The notes: generated by a model not told the origin, from the letters alone. Counted from the stretch's first letter, positions 45,418 through 56,084 are shown. The stretch: DNA of 64,000 nucleotides from Diplonema japonicum (GCA_964019335.1 OZ025671.1:620763-684762), one strand, 5' to 3'. Made by a program: numbers and translations.

Positions 45418-47744
45418 TCATGTGTGGGGAAAGGCACACTGTTTCCCTCTGGTGCATCCCCCTTTTTTGTGATGTCTGCAAGGCTCACGGTCTCTAAACG
45501 TGCGATTTTCATGCGGGGCAACGAGACCCCCTGAACCATATTCCTTCCCAGGCCGCACAGGTTGAGTGACATCGGTTGCCACAGCTCCCCTGCAGGCTAC
45601 ATCAACTTGCACCTCGAATTCCACCAATTCGCCTTTCTTCAAACTGCAGGGCCCATCGGTGTCGGAGCCCCTAATACCTTCGACGTAGCATATCAAGTCT
45701 TCCCTATCTATACCAGGAATCTGCAGCGGGTGGATGGGCGTTACGAACCCAAATGGCCCTGTAGTTGTTCCTGGCCCCCAGCATTTCACACTTCCCTGTA
45801 TCCTTGTCGCCACACCTACCTCCACGATCAATTTGAGTGTGTTTTCTTTTTTGCTTGCCATGGCGTTGAACACTTGCCGCAGATCATTCTTACAACCGAT
45901 ATTCTGTCCGTTGGCCTTCACGATCTTCATTGTGGGTGCCACACCGAGAGCATGCAGCTCCTTATTCACTTTGGATATTAAAGAAGTCGAACCCTCGACG
46001 TTGAAACCGGGTCGGGTCGGAGCAAAGGGTTGGTATTTTATGACAATGGTCTGGGTGACTGGCTGTTTTATTTGCCTCCATTGCTGCACCCAGTGATCAC
46101 CTGGTGGAGACGAATGCCAACTGTCAGCGGCCGCTTTTGGTGCCGGTTTTGTCGATACCGAAGGCTCTGATTTTTTGGTGACTGGACGTGCAGAGGCTGC
46201 AGGGTCGACGGCATTCAGGTACGCAGATTTTGGTTCCTGTTTCTTTTGTGTAGGCTTTGTTGCCGCGGTTGTCGTGCTGGATGCAGCTTTTGTCGTCTCT
46301 GAGGCTACTGGCGGGGATGCAGGTGCAGATGCTGGTACAGGTGCGGTTGCGGGAACAGGAGCGGGAGTAGGAGTGGGAGCAGACGCAGGAGCAGGAGCCG
46401 GAGAGGGTACAGAAACAGGTGCGGGTGCAGGTGAAGGTGAAGGAGAAGGAGTAGGAGCAGGAGCAGAAGGTGCGGGTGCTGAAGGCTGCGTGGATGCTGG
46501 TGATGTCGGACCAGTCGGTTTGGGTGTCACTTTTACAGAAGTAGCAGCAGTGGTGGTAGGTTTTGCCTTTGTGGGAGCTGGTTTGTCATTCAGCTGAATG
46601 TCGTTGCCATTGCTGTTCACCACAGGAGATTCAATTGCCGGCATATTGACAATCGCGTTTACTATGTTCCTCTCGGGACCTGGCTCCTCAGAGGGTCGGA
46701 AAAAATCTGTTAAGCTTTTTGAGGGTGGCTCTATCGCAAGGCCCGACCCTGGCGCTTTCATGGGGGGTTCCACGGCTTTTGAAATATTGAGAAACGGATT
46801 TGAGCCGATCAAGCCTTGTGTGACGGATGGGTTTTTTTGTGGTGGTCCAATAGCCCCAGAAGTATGAGGCGAACCTGGTGTTGCCCATGTTGGGGGTTGT
46901 TGTTGGAAAGCGTTGAAGGTCGTCATGCCAGGAGCTCTGTTCAGGTTGATTTCATTCCTGATGGACGACCATGACAGCCACAGTACGGCTTCGTAGTCGT
47001 TGTTGAGGGTGACGCAGGGGATCTGGGTTGGCGAAACGACGACAACCTTGTACCCCAGCTCAAGGAGCTGGGAGAGCTCACCCCCGAAGTCATTGGTACC
47101 TGATATTATGCACGCCACAAGATTGCTGTCTTTGACAATTTGTGGGTCTTGAGGCAGGTCGTCAAGGAACTTCGGCACTTCACCTCCATACCCAGTTGTT
47201 AGTTGGAAACCAGCTTCTTTTATCACTAATTTATAGTTTTGGGGAAGGCTGACGTTGCTCTCGACAAAACAGTAGCAACTTGTCTGGCCCTTTACTGTCC
47301 GGTATTCGAGCGTCGAGAGGCGCATTGATATTTTTTCATAAATTTTGTCGATGAACATTGCGGTGTCTTCGTCGGAGAGGGGACACGACTCGTAGTCCCA
47401 CACACAGTACAGGTCGAACTCCCCTTCAGGCACCTAGTGAGTGGAATTGAGTGTTGTTTGCATACCGGTCTCTGGATATTGGCACCCAACCCATGAAATA
47501 AGAACATCTCGTCGTGATGTGGTTGTGGTTTGAATATCAACCGCTCTAGCCGTTCTCGAGTCTTCATGGACTGGTCCCACTTCCTGTGTAACATGTCGAT
47601 ATCTCGCTCCAGATCGGCCCTTTCATCGCTTGTTGCGGCCCGCTTCGCTTCTTGCCGCTCTTGGATTTTCTGCTCGATATTTTCCGTTTCCCGCACGGTT
47701 GCATCCCGTCTGTTCCAAATTTCTTGCTCTCCATAGGGCATCAT
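45418..47744 (-). CDS. NYN-domain (MARF1/limkain-type) plus Pro/Ala linker plus cold-shock domain plus CCCH zinc-finger RNA-binding protein, 2 exons (intron 47434-47465)
   Basis: 'VWDYESCP...IISGTNDF..EL..L...GYKVVVV'; CSD 'GSVKCW...FGFVTP...LKKGELVEFEV...ATDV'; CCCH 'CRHHKKGGCTRGKQCAFPH'. Confidence 0.8.
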
Positions 47745-47854
47745 GATTAGATATTATTCAGCCTGCAGTGTTGAATATTGTTGTAAACAAGTGAAAGAAA
47801 AATAAGAAATAAATGAAATAAAAAGGAAACAATAAATGAACGTAAGATGGACTG

Positions 47855-48778
47855 TTAGATTTCTTTGATGTCGGTGATTGTTATCGACGGTACAGCACCG
47901 TCAATCGTGTAGCAAACAGTAAGGCTTTGCAGTCTTAGACTGCCATCGAAGTTGCTGAGTTTCTTCTGTCTGGCGCTCCGGAAGTCAATACTAAGTGTGT
48001 CTTTGATAAGGTCTTTAAGATTTGTACAGTGCCGGTGTGTTAAGGCGGCCAATTTCGTCTCCGATTTCTCATCAAAGACGATCTTGTGGTGTGTCCAACG
48101 CTTGTCATCGTAGGATGCTTGCACCCAGTCTGGCGACTTGTAGTCCACAGGCCGCTCCACAGCAGGGAGGTAAGGTTTAATGTCGATAAGGGGTGTCATG
48201 TCCACACAGTCCAAGGCTGCAACAGTAACACAGTTGGTAGTATGGTTCACTTTGAGAATTGGTACCAATGAGAGTCCCAAGGGATTGGGCCTGTGTGGTG
48301 TTCGGCAGGCGAATATACCCACCCTGCTACCTTCTCCTCTAGGGGGGGCCACTACTGTTTTCATTGTCTTCATATCCTTACCTGCATTGGTGTTCAGATG
48401 GAACCAGAATAGCACATAAACATGGCTGTAATCCTCTAAACCCAGCAAGCATGCTGGGTTTAGTGTCTTGCTTATCTGAAGTTCTGTTGTTGCTGACCTC
48501 ACCAAACCAGGTTGTCTTGGTGTTCCATTCCTGTCAGCATATGCAGAGCGTATAACACCGATAGGTGTCACATTAAGTCCCAAGCCTACCACCTCATGCA
48601 TCATTTTCTTTTCAGCTTTCACTCTTCCTACACGTTCACTCAGTCGCAACTTCTCTTGGTTGTCTACTGTCTTATGCAGTTCTCGGACTTTCTTTGCATA
48701 ATGAATAGAAAGTAAGCTGCTTAAAACTGCCCATACAAGCACACACCATTCCCATTTAATAGCATCATATTCATACAT
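47855..48778 (-). CDS. TRMO: tRNA (adenine-37 N6)-methyltransferase TrmO/TsaA family
   Basis: 'PIGVIRS...NGTPRQPGL', 'LEDYSHVYVLFWFH', 'GIFACRTPHRPNPLGLS', 'TPLIDIKPY'. Confidence 0.93.
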   Translation of the reverse strand: MYEYDAIKWEWCVLVWAVLSSLLSIHYAKKVRELHKTVDNQEKLRLSERVGRVKAEKKMMHEVVGLGLNVTPIGVIRSAYADRNGTPRQPGLVRSATTELQISKTLNPACLLGLEDYSHVYVLFWFHLNTNAGKDMKTMKTVVAPPRGEGSRVGIFACRTPHRPNPLGLSLVPILKVNHTTNCVTVAALDCVDMTPLIDIKPYLPAVERPVDYKSPDWVQASYDDKRWTHHKIVFDEKSETKLAALTHRHCTNLKDLIKDTLSIDFRSARQKKLSNFDGSLRLQSLTVCYTIDGAVPSITITDIKEI

Positions 48779-48842
48779 AACAATAGTAATTATGCTAATC
48801 TGATTTAGGAGGAAAATAAAGGTTACAAAGTTTCAAAAGTCA

Positions 48843-48846
<4 letters not shown>

Positions 48847-48884
<38 letters not shown>
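48847..48884. repeat. (AG)n microsatellite at the boundary between the gene array and the repeat zone
   Basis: Perfect agagag... tract. Confidence 0.95.
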
Positions 48885-48889
<5 letters not shown>

Positions 48890-48933
48890 TCATAAGGGGG
48901 TCGTTTTTTGCCATTTTTCAGTTTCTTCGCCAA

Positions 48934-49122
48934 GGGTTACCGTGGACGGTGGAAAAAAAGTTAGTGGTTGCATAAGGGAAATTGTTGGTGGTTACAGTAA
49001 AAAGTGGAAAAAAAGTTGTAGGTTACCGTGAACGGTGGAAAAAGTTGTGGTTACCGTGGACGGTGGAGAAAAAGTTGCAGGTTACCGTGGATGGTGGAAA
49101 AAAGTTATTTGGTTACCGTGTA
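48934..49122. repeat. Degenerate ~30 bp tandem repeat (ggttaccgtggacggtggaaaaaagtt)
   Basis: About 6 copies visible. Confidence 0.85.
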
Positions 49123-49135
49123 CGTTGCTTTTCCC

Positions 49136-49968
49136 TATTTATTATTTCCCCCCTTTTCTATTACATCCAAATACAACATTTGATGCGGAAAGCAGAAACA
49201 ACAGCTTGGCTTAGGTGTGCGAAAAAATGTGAGAAGACAAGAAAAAAAGAAGGGAAAAAAAAAAAAAAAAGGTAAACACATCATGTATGTCAAAAAAAAT
49301 CAAGGATTTTTTTCTCTTTTTTTTTTCCCCATTTTTTTTTGTTTTTTTTTTTTTTTTCCAAAGGGAAAAAAGAAAAAAAAAACAAAAAAAAGTTGCAAAA
49401 CTATCAAAAATAATGACAGTGTTGGGGAGAGTCCCGTGAGTCCCGTCGAGTCCCGTCCCGTGGAGTCCCGTGAGTTCCGTCCAGGCCCGTATTCCGTTTT
49501 AGGGGACGGGACGGGACTGACCAACACTGCTTGGCGGAACATGGTGGAATTGGTGGAATATGGTGGAACAGGGAATTCCAGTGTTGGTCAGTCCCATCCC
49601 GTCCCCTAAAACGGAATACGGGCCTGGACGGGACTCATGGGACTCCACGGGACAGGACTCGACGGGACTCACGGGACTCTCCCCAACACTGTCATTATTT
49701 TTGATAGTTTTGCAACTTTTTTTTGTTTTTTTTTTCTTTTTTCCCTTTGGAAAAAAAAAAAAAAAACAAAAAAAAATGGGGAAAAAAAAAGAGAAAAAAA
49801 TCCTTGATTTTTTTTGACATACATGATGTGTTTACCTTTTTTTTTTTTTTCCTTCTTTTTTTCTTGTCTTCTCACATTTTTTCGCACACCTAAGCCAAGC
49901 TGTTGTTTCTGCTTTCCGCATCAAATGTTGTATTTGGATGTAATAGAAAAGGGGGGAAATAATAAATA
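49136..49968. repeat. Long inverted repeat / fold-back (arms 49136-49529 and 49579-49968, ~50 bp spacer)
   Basis: The right arm is the reverse complement of the left arm, e.g. gtgttggggagagtcccgtgagtcccgtcgagtcc vs ggactcgacgggactcacgggactctccccaacac. The ORF track shows mirror-image peptides. Confidence 0.95.
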
Positions 49969-50039
49969 ATATGTACAAGAGGAGGGTGTGTATGTTTATA
50001 CAACCTGTGTAAACAGATCGGTTCCTTGCTTTCAGCGCC

Positions 50040-50657
50040 GTGCCCCTGATGCGTGCGATGTACAGCTCAACCCCTGCATTGCACTGCCTGTTTGTTGCAC
50101 ATATTTTCATGTTGTCCCCCCCCCCCCCCCCCCCCCACCTGAAAATAATATATAGGAGATAAATATATGAGTTAAAGGAGGCTGGTGTTGGCAGCACCCT
50201 GCACAAGAACTGTCTACTTGATTACAGGGGGGCGCACCACAGCCGGGTTGTAGCTTCTTCTGCATTCTGCATCGTTTCCTTAATCACCGTGGCCGGGATG
50301 TAGCTTCTTCTGCGTTCCACATCGTGCCCTTAATCACTGCATTGTGACACCTGCTTTTCCCTGTGCAGCATAGTGGTACATGTTATAAAACACGTGCTGT
50401 GTTGTGCACCCTGTGTTGCATACATCATGTGTGTCAAAAATTTGCGGTGTTGGGGTGGTTTGTGGGCCAGACCTCAGACCACCAGTCTGGCCAACATTGC
50501 CCATCCAACCCTTTTTTTACTTTTTTTTTTTTTTTTTTTTTTTGCATTGTACTTTTCTTGCAAAGGCCTCTTTTTAATATTTTTTTCAAAGCAGGTCTCC
50601 AAACCCCCTGTCCCTTGGAGTCCCTCAAGGGTCTGGACCAACACTGGGAATTCCTTA

Positions 50658-50688
<31 letters not shown>

Positions 50689-52645
50689 CCTTCTTTGCAT
50701 CATCAAGGTCGAAAGTGGTGACTATATCACCACAACATTGTCTACTTGATTACAGGGGGCGCACCTCGGCCTAGCTGTAGCTTCTTCTGCATTCCACATC
50801 GTGTCCTTAATGCGTGTGGAGTGCAACTCAACCCCAGCCATGGCACCCCTGTAATCTTCTCCCACATGGGCACTACCAGTGATGACTGGATGTGGAGGTC
50901 AACAGCAAACAACACATCTGATGTACTTCTTATAATAAAAGAGGTAAAGGAGACCAGTGACAGGGTGCACCGGCCGCGTTTGCATTCCACGTTGTGTCCT
51001 TAATGCATGCAGTGTGCAGCTCAACCCTAGCCAGTGCTCTGGGCAGGGGTGGGTCGTTCTGTTCCCTTCCACCAAACTGAAAAGTCGGAACTTGGCAGAA
51101 CGGTGGAACCGGAACTTGGTGGAACTGGTGGAACGTGGTGGAACCAGTGGAACATGGTGGAACTGGTGGAACGTGGTGGAACTGATGGAACCAGTGGACA
51201 TGGTGGAACTGGTGGAACTTGGCAGAACAGGGAATTCCTTACCTAATTTTTTTCTTCTTTCCCCCCCCCCCTTTTTTTTCCTCTTTGCATCATCAAGGTC
51301 AAAAGTGGTGACTATATCACCACAACACTGACAGCACAATATTCCGTGTCGTGTCCTTAATGTGTGCAGTGTGCAGTTCAACACCAGCCATGGCACCAAG
51401 ATTCTGGGCCTGCGTAATTTGCTGCAGTTTCATCACCCTGAGCATCTGCAATACGTTCCTCCACTCAGGCTCTACCAGTGATGACTGGCATGGAGGTTAA
51501 CAGTGAACAACACATCTGATGTACTTCTTATATTTCCATATTTCTGTGTAATCCCCACCACCCAATAACATGAAAGAGGTAAAGGAGACACCAGTGACAG
51601 GGGGTGCACCTTGGCCGCTTCTGCATTCTTGTGTCCTTGATGCATGTGGTGTGCAGCTCAACCCCAGCTGGTGCCCTAAGTAGTTTACTCACCCTGAGCA
51701 TCTGCAATTTGTTCTTCCACTCAGGGTGCTACAGGTGATGACCAGCCAAGTGGATGGAGGAAAATGCCTGTTTGTCGTGTTGGTGGCACCCACACAAGAA
51801 CTGTTTACTTGATACAGGGGGGGGGGGGAGGGGGGGGCACCACAGCCGAGTTGTAGCTTCTTCTGTGTTCTGCATTGTGTCCTTAATGTGTGCAGTGTGC
51901 AGCTTAACCCCAGCCAGAGCAACCTGGGGTAACCAACATTCTGCACTCATGCAGTTTGCTGCCAATTCATCACCCTGAGCATCTGCATTATGTTCTCCCA
52001 CTTGGGCACTACCAGTGATGACTGATGAGGAGGTCAACAGCAAACAACACATCTGATGTACTTCTTATATTTCTTTGTTATCCCCACCACAAACAGCACA
52101 TCTGATGTTTTTCATCCCCACCACCTTTGGAATAATATATGAGTTAAAGGAGGCCAGTGTTGGCAGCACCCTGCACAAGAACTGTCTACTTGATTACCAG
52201 GGGTGCACCACAGCCTGGTTGTAGCTTCTTCTGCATTCTGCATGTGGAATTTTTTTAATTACTGCAGCAGGGTTATAGCTTCTTCTGCATTCTGTGTCGT
52301 GTCCTTAATATATGTGGTGTACAGCTCAACACCACCTGCTTTTCCCTGTGCAGTATAGTGGTACATGTTATAAAACACGTGCCATGTTGTGCACTGTGTT
52401 GTGCACCCTGTGTTGCATACATTGTGTGCAATGTCAGGTATGCCATACATGGTGTAAAATAAGTCACAACACACCACCTCGAAAATTCACAGTGTTGGGG
52501 TGGTTTGTGGGGTGGACTGGCCAGACCCCTCAGACCAGACTGCCCACCTGATTACAGGGGGTGCCTTGGCTGAGTTGTTGTGTGGTGTTATTGTCTTCTT
52601 CTTCTGCATTTTGCATTGTGTCCTTAATGCATGTGGTGTGCCAGC
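50040..52645. repeat. Scrambled mosaic of degenerate copies of the 6.3-kb repeat family, with (ggtggaac)-type micro-repeats at 51100-51220
   Basis: Recurrent modules 'tagcttcttctgcattc..catcgtgtccttaatg', 'cagctcaaccccagcca', 'caccctgagcatctgca', 'aacacatctgatgtacttctta'. Confidence 0.85.
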
Positions 52646-53019
52646 TTTGTTGGGGATTTCCCCAAGGTAATATGGGATAGCTATTTCAGTGTGGCATTTT
52701 AAGGGGAAGTAAATCACTTATTCCCACTTTTAAGGGCTGGAATGGCCTCAGATGGCTAAAAACAGTCAAAATACCCCATCTCTAAAAAAAATTTGAAGGG
52801 GTTGGGTACATTTTTTCACTTCAACTCCAAAAATCTCATTAACCATTAAAGGATGAAGTGCTAGATATCTAGCAATCAAAAAATTAAAATTTTTGTATAG
52901 GCATTTTAAGTACCATAGACCCTTACCCTTGCACAGAATGACCTAGTTCTTCAATTTCTTTTCCATTGAAAATCACTTATGGCCCCTAGATTAACCTCCA
53001 AAAACAGAAACCAGTTTTT

Positions 53020-53610
53020 GGTGGCATGAAAGCTCAGATGAGCAGTACTGATTCAGATGAGTTTGGGAGTGCCCAAGGGGACATTCTCACTGATGATGGG
53101 ACCTCACCTAGTGCCAGTAGTGATGAGAAGAGTGAAAATATGCCCTGGGAGAGCAATATTACACAGGTAATGCATAAGAAGTGACAGGGCACAGGGGGGG
53201 CAGAAATCACCCTTTTCCCACATGAGTGCATTAAGGATTTCCAAGCTGTTCATCTCAATGGGGTTTGTGAAATCTCTTTGCACTGTTTGCAAGTACCACA
53301 ACCCTGACTTTGACTTCACTGTGGACAATATCTATCAGTTTCTGGCCTTGTGGGTGCTCATGGACATCATCTGCAAGGCTGGCATAAAAGATTACTGGCC
53401 AACCATTTGTGCCCTCACCACACCTTTTTTTGGCAAGTGTAATGAAACATTACTGCTTTTTTGCACTTACAGTGGTCATTGCATTTTGGAGGGGTGAAGA
53501 GACAGACAGGTTGCAAAAAATAAGATTCTTGCTCCCCTACCTGTCTGCAACACTATTCCCCCAGAGAATTGATCATTGATGAGAGTATGATCAAGTCACA
53601 CAGTCAGTGT
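53020..53610 (+). pseudogene. Decayed piggyBac-family transposase fragment
   Basis: Broken frames encode 'FTVDNIYQFLALWVLMDIICKAGIKDYWPTICALTTPFFGK', 'TDRLQKIRFLL' and 'ELIIDESMIK', matching the piggyBac 'F.GL..LMG....IKDYW.......TPFF' and 'IDESM' (first catalytic Asp) motifs. Confidence 0.8.
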
Positions 53611-53649
53611 TGTTATGAGAATGGGTTGCCCCCCTGAGATTTTCAGGGG

Positions 53650-54420
53650 GGCATGGGGGGGCAAAAAAAATTTTTTTTTATAGTGTCCAAAAAAAATTTT
53701 TTTCCACCCAAAAAAAGTTGTCAAAGACACCCAAAAATCCCAAAAAAAAATTTTTTTTCTCAAAAGTACCTATCCTAGGCCTTAATAGAGGCTTTTAGTG
53801 AAGTGGGGTGAAAGTGAGATGTTTGGGTGTCAAAAAAAAAGGTGCCCAAAAAAAATTATTTTTCACATGAACAAGTGGTCAAAAACACCTGAAAAGTGGT
53901 TTTTTACCTCAGAAAAATTGATTTTTTTCTAAAAGGGTACCTATAGGCCTAGTAATGGTCTATCTGTTGGTTTTCTCTCCTTTATGACTTACCCTTCTCA
54001 TTCTTTGTATTTACCCCCCTTTTTTTACTGTATTGGGTGTATGGGGTGCTGGAAAAAAAAAAAAAAAGGTGTCCAAAAAAATTGTTTTTCCTCCCAAAAA
54101 AAGTGGCCAAAAACACCCTTAAATTGATTTTTTCTCAAAAAAAATTTTTTTTCCCCCTCAAATACCTATTCTAGACCTAATGAGGCTAATAGTGAAAGTG
54201 AGATGGTCATGGGCCAAAAAAAAAAGGGCCCAAAGAATTTTTTTCCTCACAAAAAAAATTGTCAAAAACACCTGAAAAGTGATATTTTACCTCAGAAAAT
54301 AATAGATTTTTTTCACAAAGGGCACCTGTACTTGGCCTAGTAATGGTCCATCTGTCATTTTTCTTTCCTTTATAACTTACCTTTCTCATTCTTTTTATTT
54401 CCCCCCCCTGTTTTTACTGT
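53650..54420. repeat. Degenerate AT-rich tandem duplication (~380 bp period)
   Basis: 'gtcaaaaacacctgaaaagtg...ttacctcagaaaa...ggcctagtaatggtc...cttacc.ttctcattcttt' occurs at ~53878 and ~54261. Confidence 0.8.
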
Positions 54421-54866
54421 ACTTTATTGGCAGGTTGTTTTAAAAAATAACCTAACCCAACAAAACACCCCAATAGAACCAGCAAATCTGTCAGAAAAGA
54501 CTACCTGATAGCCTACCTTGTGTGGAAAGGGGGCATGGCTGGCAATATTAGGGTTGAAAGGTCCCAGGATTGAGGTGAAGAAGGTGCCACACTGCTATTG
54601 TTGGCAAAGCACTGGAGGTGAAGGAGATTGCAGCCAAGAAGAAAGACCAACTGCTATTGCTGGGCAAAGAACCTAAAAAGTGAAATAAATTCCAAAAAAA
54701 AAACATTCTCAAGTCCCCCTTTTTATTTATTTTCTCAAAAAAAAAAAAAAAAAATACATGATGGTAAAGCAGTACCTCGCAAGCTTGGAAGGTGGGTTGG
54801 ACAGAGAGCACAAAGCCACAAAGCTGCAAACCTGCAAACCCGCAAACCCGCAAACCCACAAACCCG

Positions 54867-55426
54867 ATTTTTCTGTTTTTCTTTTTCTTTTTCTTTTTGA
54901 AGTGGAACCATCTCAGTCGACGTTTTTTTTTTTTTTTTCTTTTTTCTTTTGTGGTGATGTGTTTTTCCTGTTTTTGATTTTCTTCTTCCCCCGCTCTATG
55001 CTTTTTCGCATGGACATTGGCCACTCTGCCCCTTTCCCCTTTTTTGATTCTCCCTCTTTCCCCCTCCTAAATTTTACCCCCTGCCCCACTCATTCCTCCC
55101 TAGTATGTTTTTGAATTTGCCTCTTCTTCTTTTAAGCCTTTTTTGAGATTTTTATTTTTGAATTTTTATCATTTGGAGTTGCTTCTTCTTCTTCCCCTCT
55201 CCCTCCCATAAAGAAAAAGAGAAACCCATGCCTTCCTCCCAGGTTGGAACTTGATTGTCTGTTTTGGAATATTTTTATTTTCTCTTAAGATTTATCATGC
55301 CTTGTGTGTCTTTTGAAGAAAAAAAAAAAAAAAACATTCTCAAGTCCCCCTTTTTATTTATTTTCTCAAGTCCCCCTTTTTATTTATTTTCTCAAGTCCC
55401 CCTTTTTATTTATTTTCTCAAGTCCC

Positions 55427-55486
<60 letters not shown>
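54867..55486 (+). mobile_element. Non-coding polyadenylated retroposon copy (element B) with a 26-nt tandem repeat and 51-nt poly(A), flanked on both sides by (CCCGCAAA)n
   Basis: Upstream degenerate tract 54812-54866, downstream tract 55487-55507. 3' end is (ctcaagtccccctttttatttatttt)x~3.7 then A51. The same 3' end plus poly(A) occurs at 54704-54754. Bases 54867-55257 are duplicated at 55701-56084. Confidence 0.7.
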
Positions 55487-55488
<2 letters not shown>

Positions 55489-55507
55489 CGCAAACCCGCA
55501 AACCCGC

Positions 55508-56084
55508 CAGATAGGCCAGCGGGGGTGTGGGGGGCTGGTCCCCCCCCCCCCCCCCGCCATAGGAAGATGTGAAACTTTTTTTTTTTTTTCTGAGAAAAAA
55601 AAAAAGGGAAAAATAAAAGAATAGGGAACAGGTGCTACAACAGCCAGGCTAGATAGAACCACTTGGATTTTTTTTTTTTTTTTTTTCCCTTTTTTTTTTT
55701 ATTTTTCTGTTTTTCTTTTTCTTTTTGAAGTGGAACCATCTCGGTCGACGTTTTTTTTTTTTTTTCTTTTTTCTTTTGTGGTGATGTGTTTTTCCTGTTT
55801 TTGATTTTCTTCTTCCCCCACTCTATGCTTTTTCGCATGGACATTGGTCACTCTGCCCCTTTCCCTTTTTTTGATTCTCCCTCTTTCCCCCTCCTAAATT
55901 TTACCCCCTACCCCACTCATTCCTCCCTAGTATGTTTTTGAATTTGCTTCTTCTTCTTTTAAGCCTTTTTTGAGATTTTTATTTTTGAATTTTTATCATT
56001 TGGAGTTGCTTCTTCTTCTTCCCCTCCCCCTCCCATAAAGAAAAAGAGAAACCCATGCCTTCCTCCCAGGTTGGAACTTGATTG
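55508..56084 (+). mobile_element. Second, 3'-truncated copy of element B
   Basis: 55701-56084 is nearly identical to 54867-55257 and breaks at 'gattg|caaacccg'. Confidence 0.65.

Noticed and set aside
20336-47744. Split ORFs suggesting stop-codon reassignment, frameshifting or pseudogenes
   Set aside because: Nearly all breaks are resolved by short canonical GT-AG introns under the standard code (the 15.0-15.2 kb 3' end remains unresolved).
48934-49122. ~30-bp repeats superficially like a CRISPR array (also the 26-mer at 55339-55435)
   Set aside because: No unique spacers, no cas genes, eukaryotic context; simple tandem repeats.
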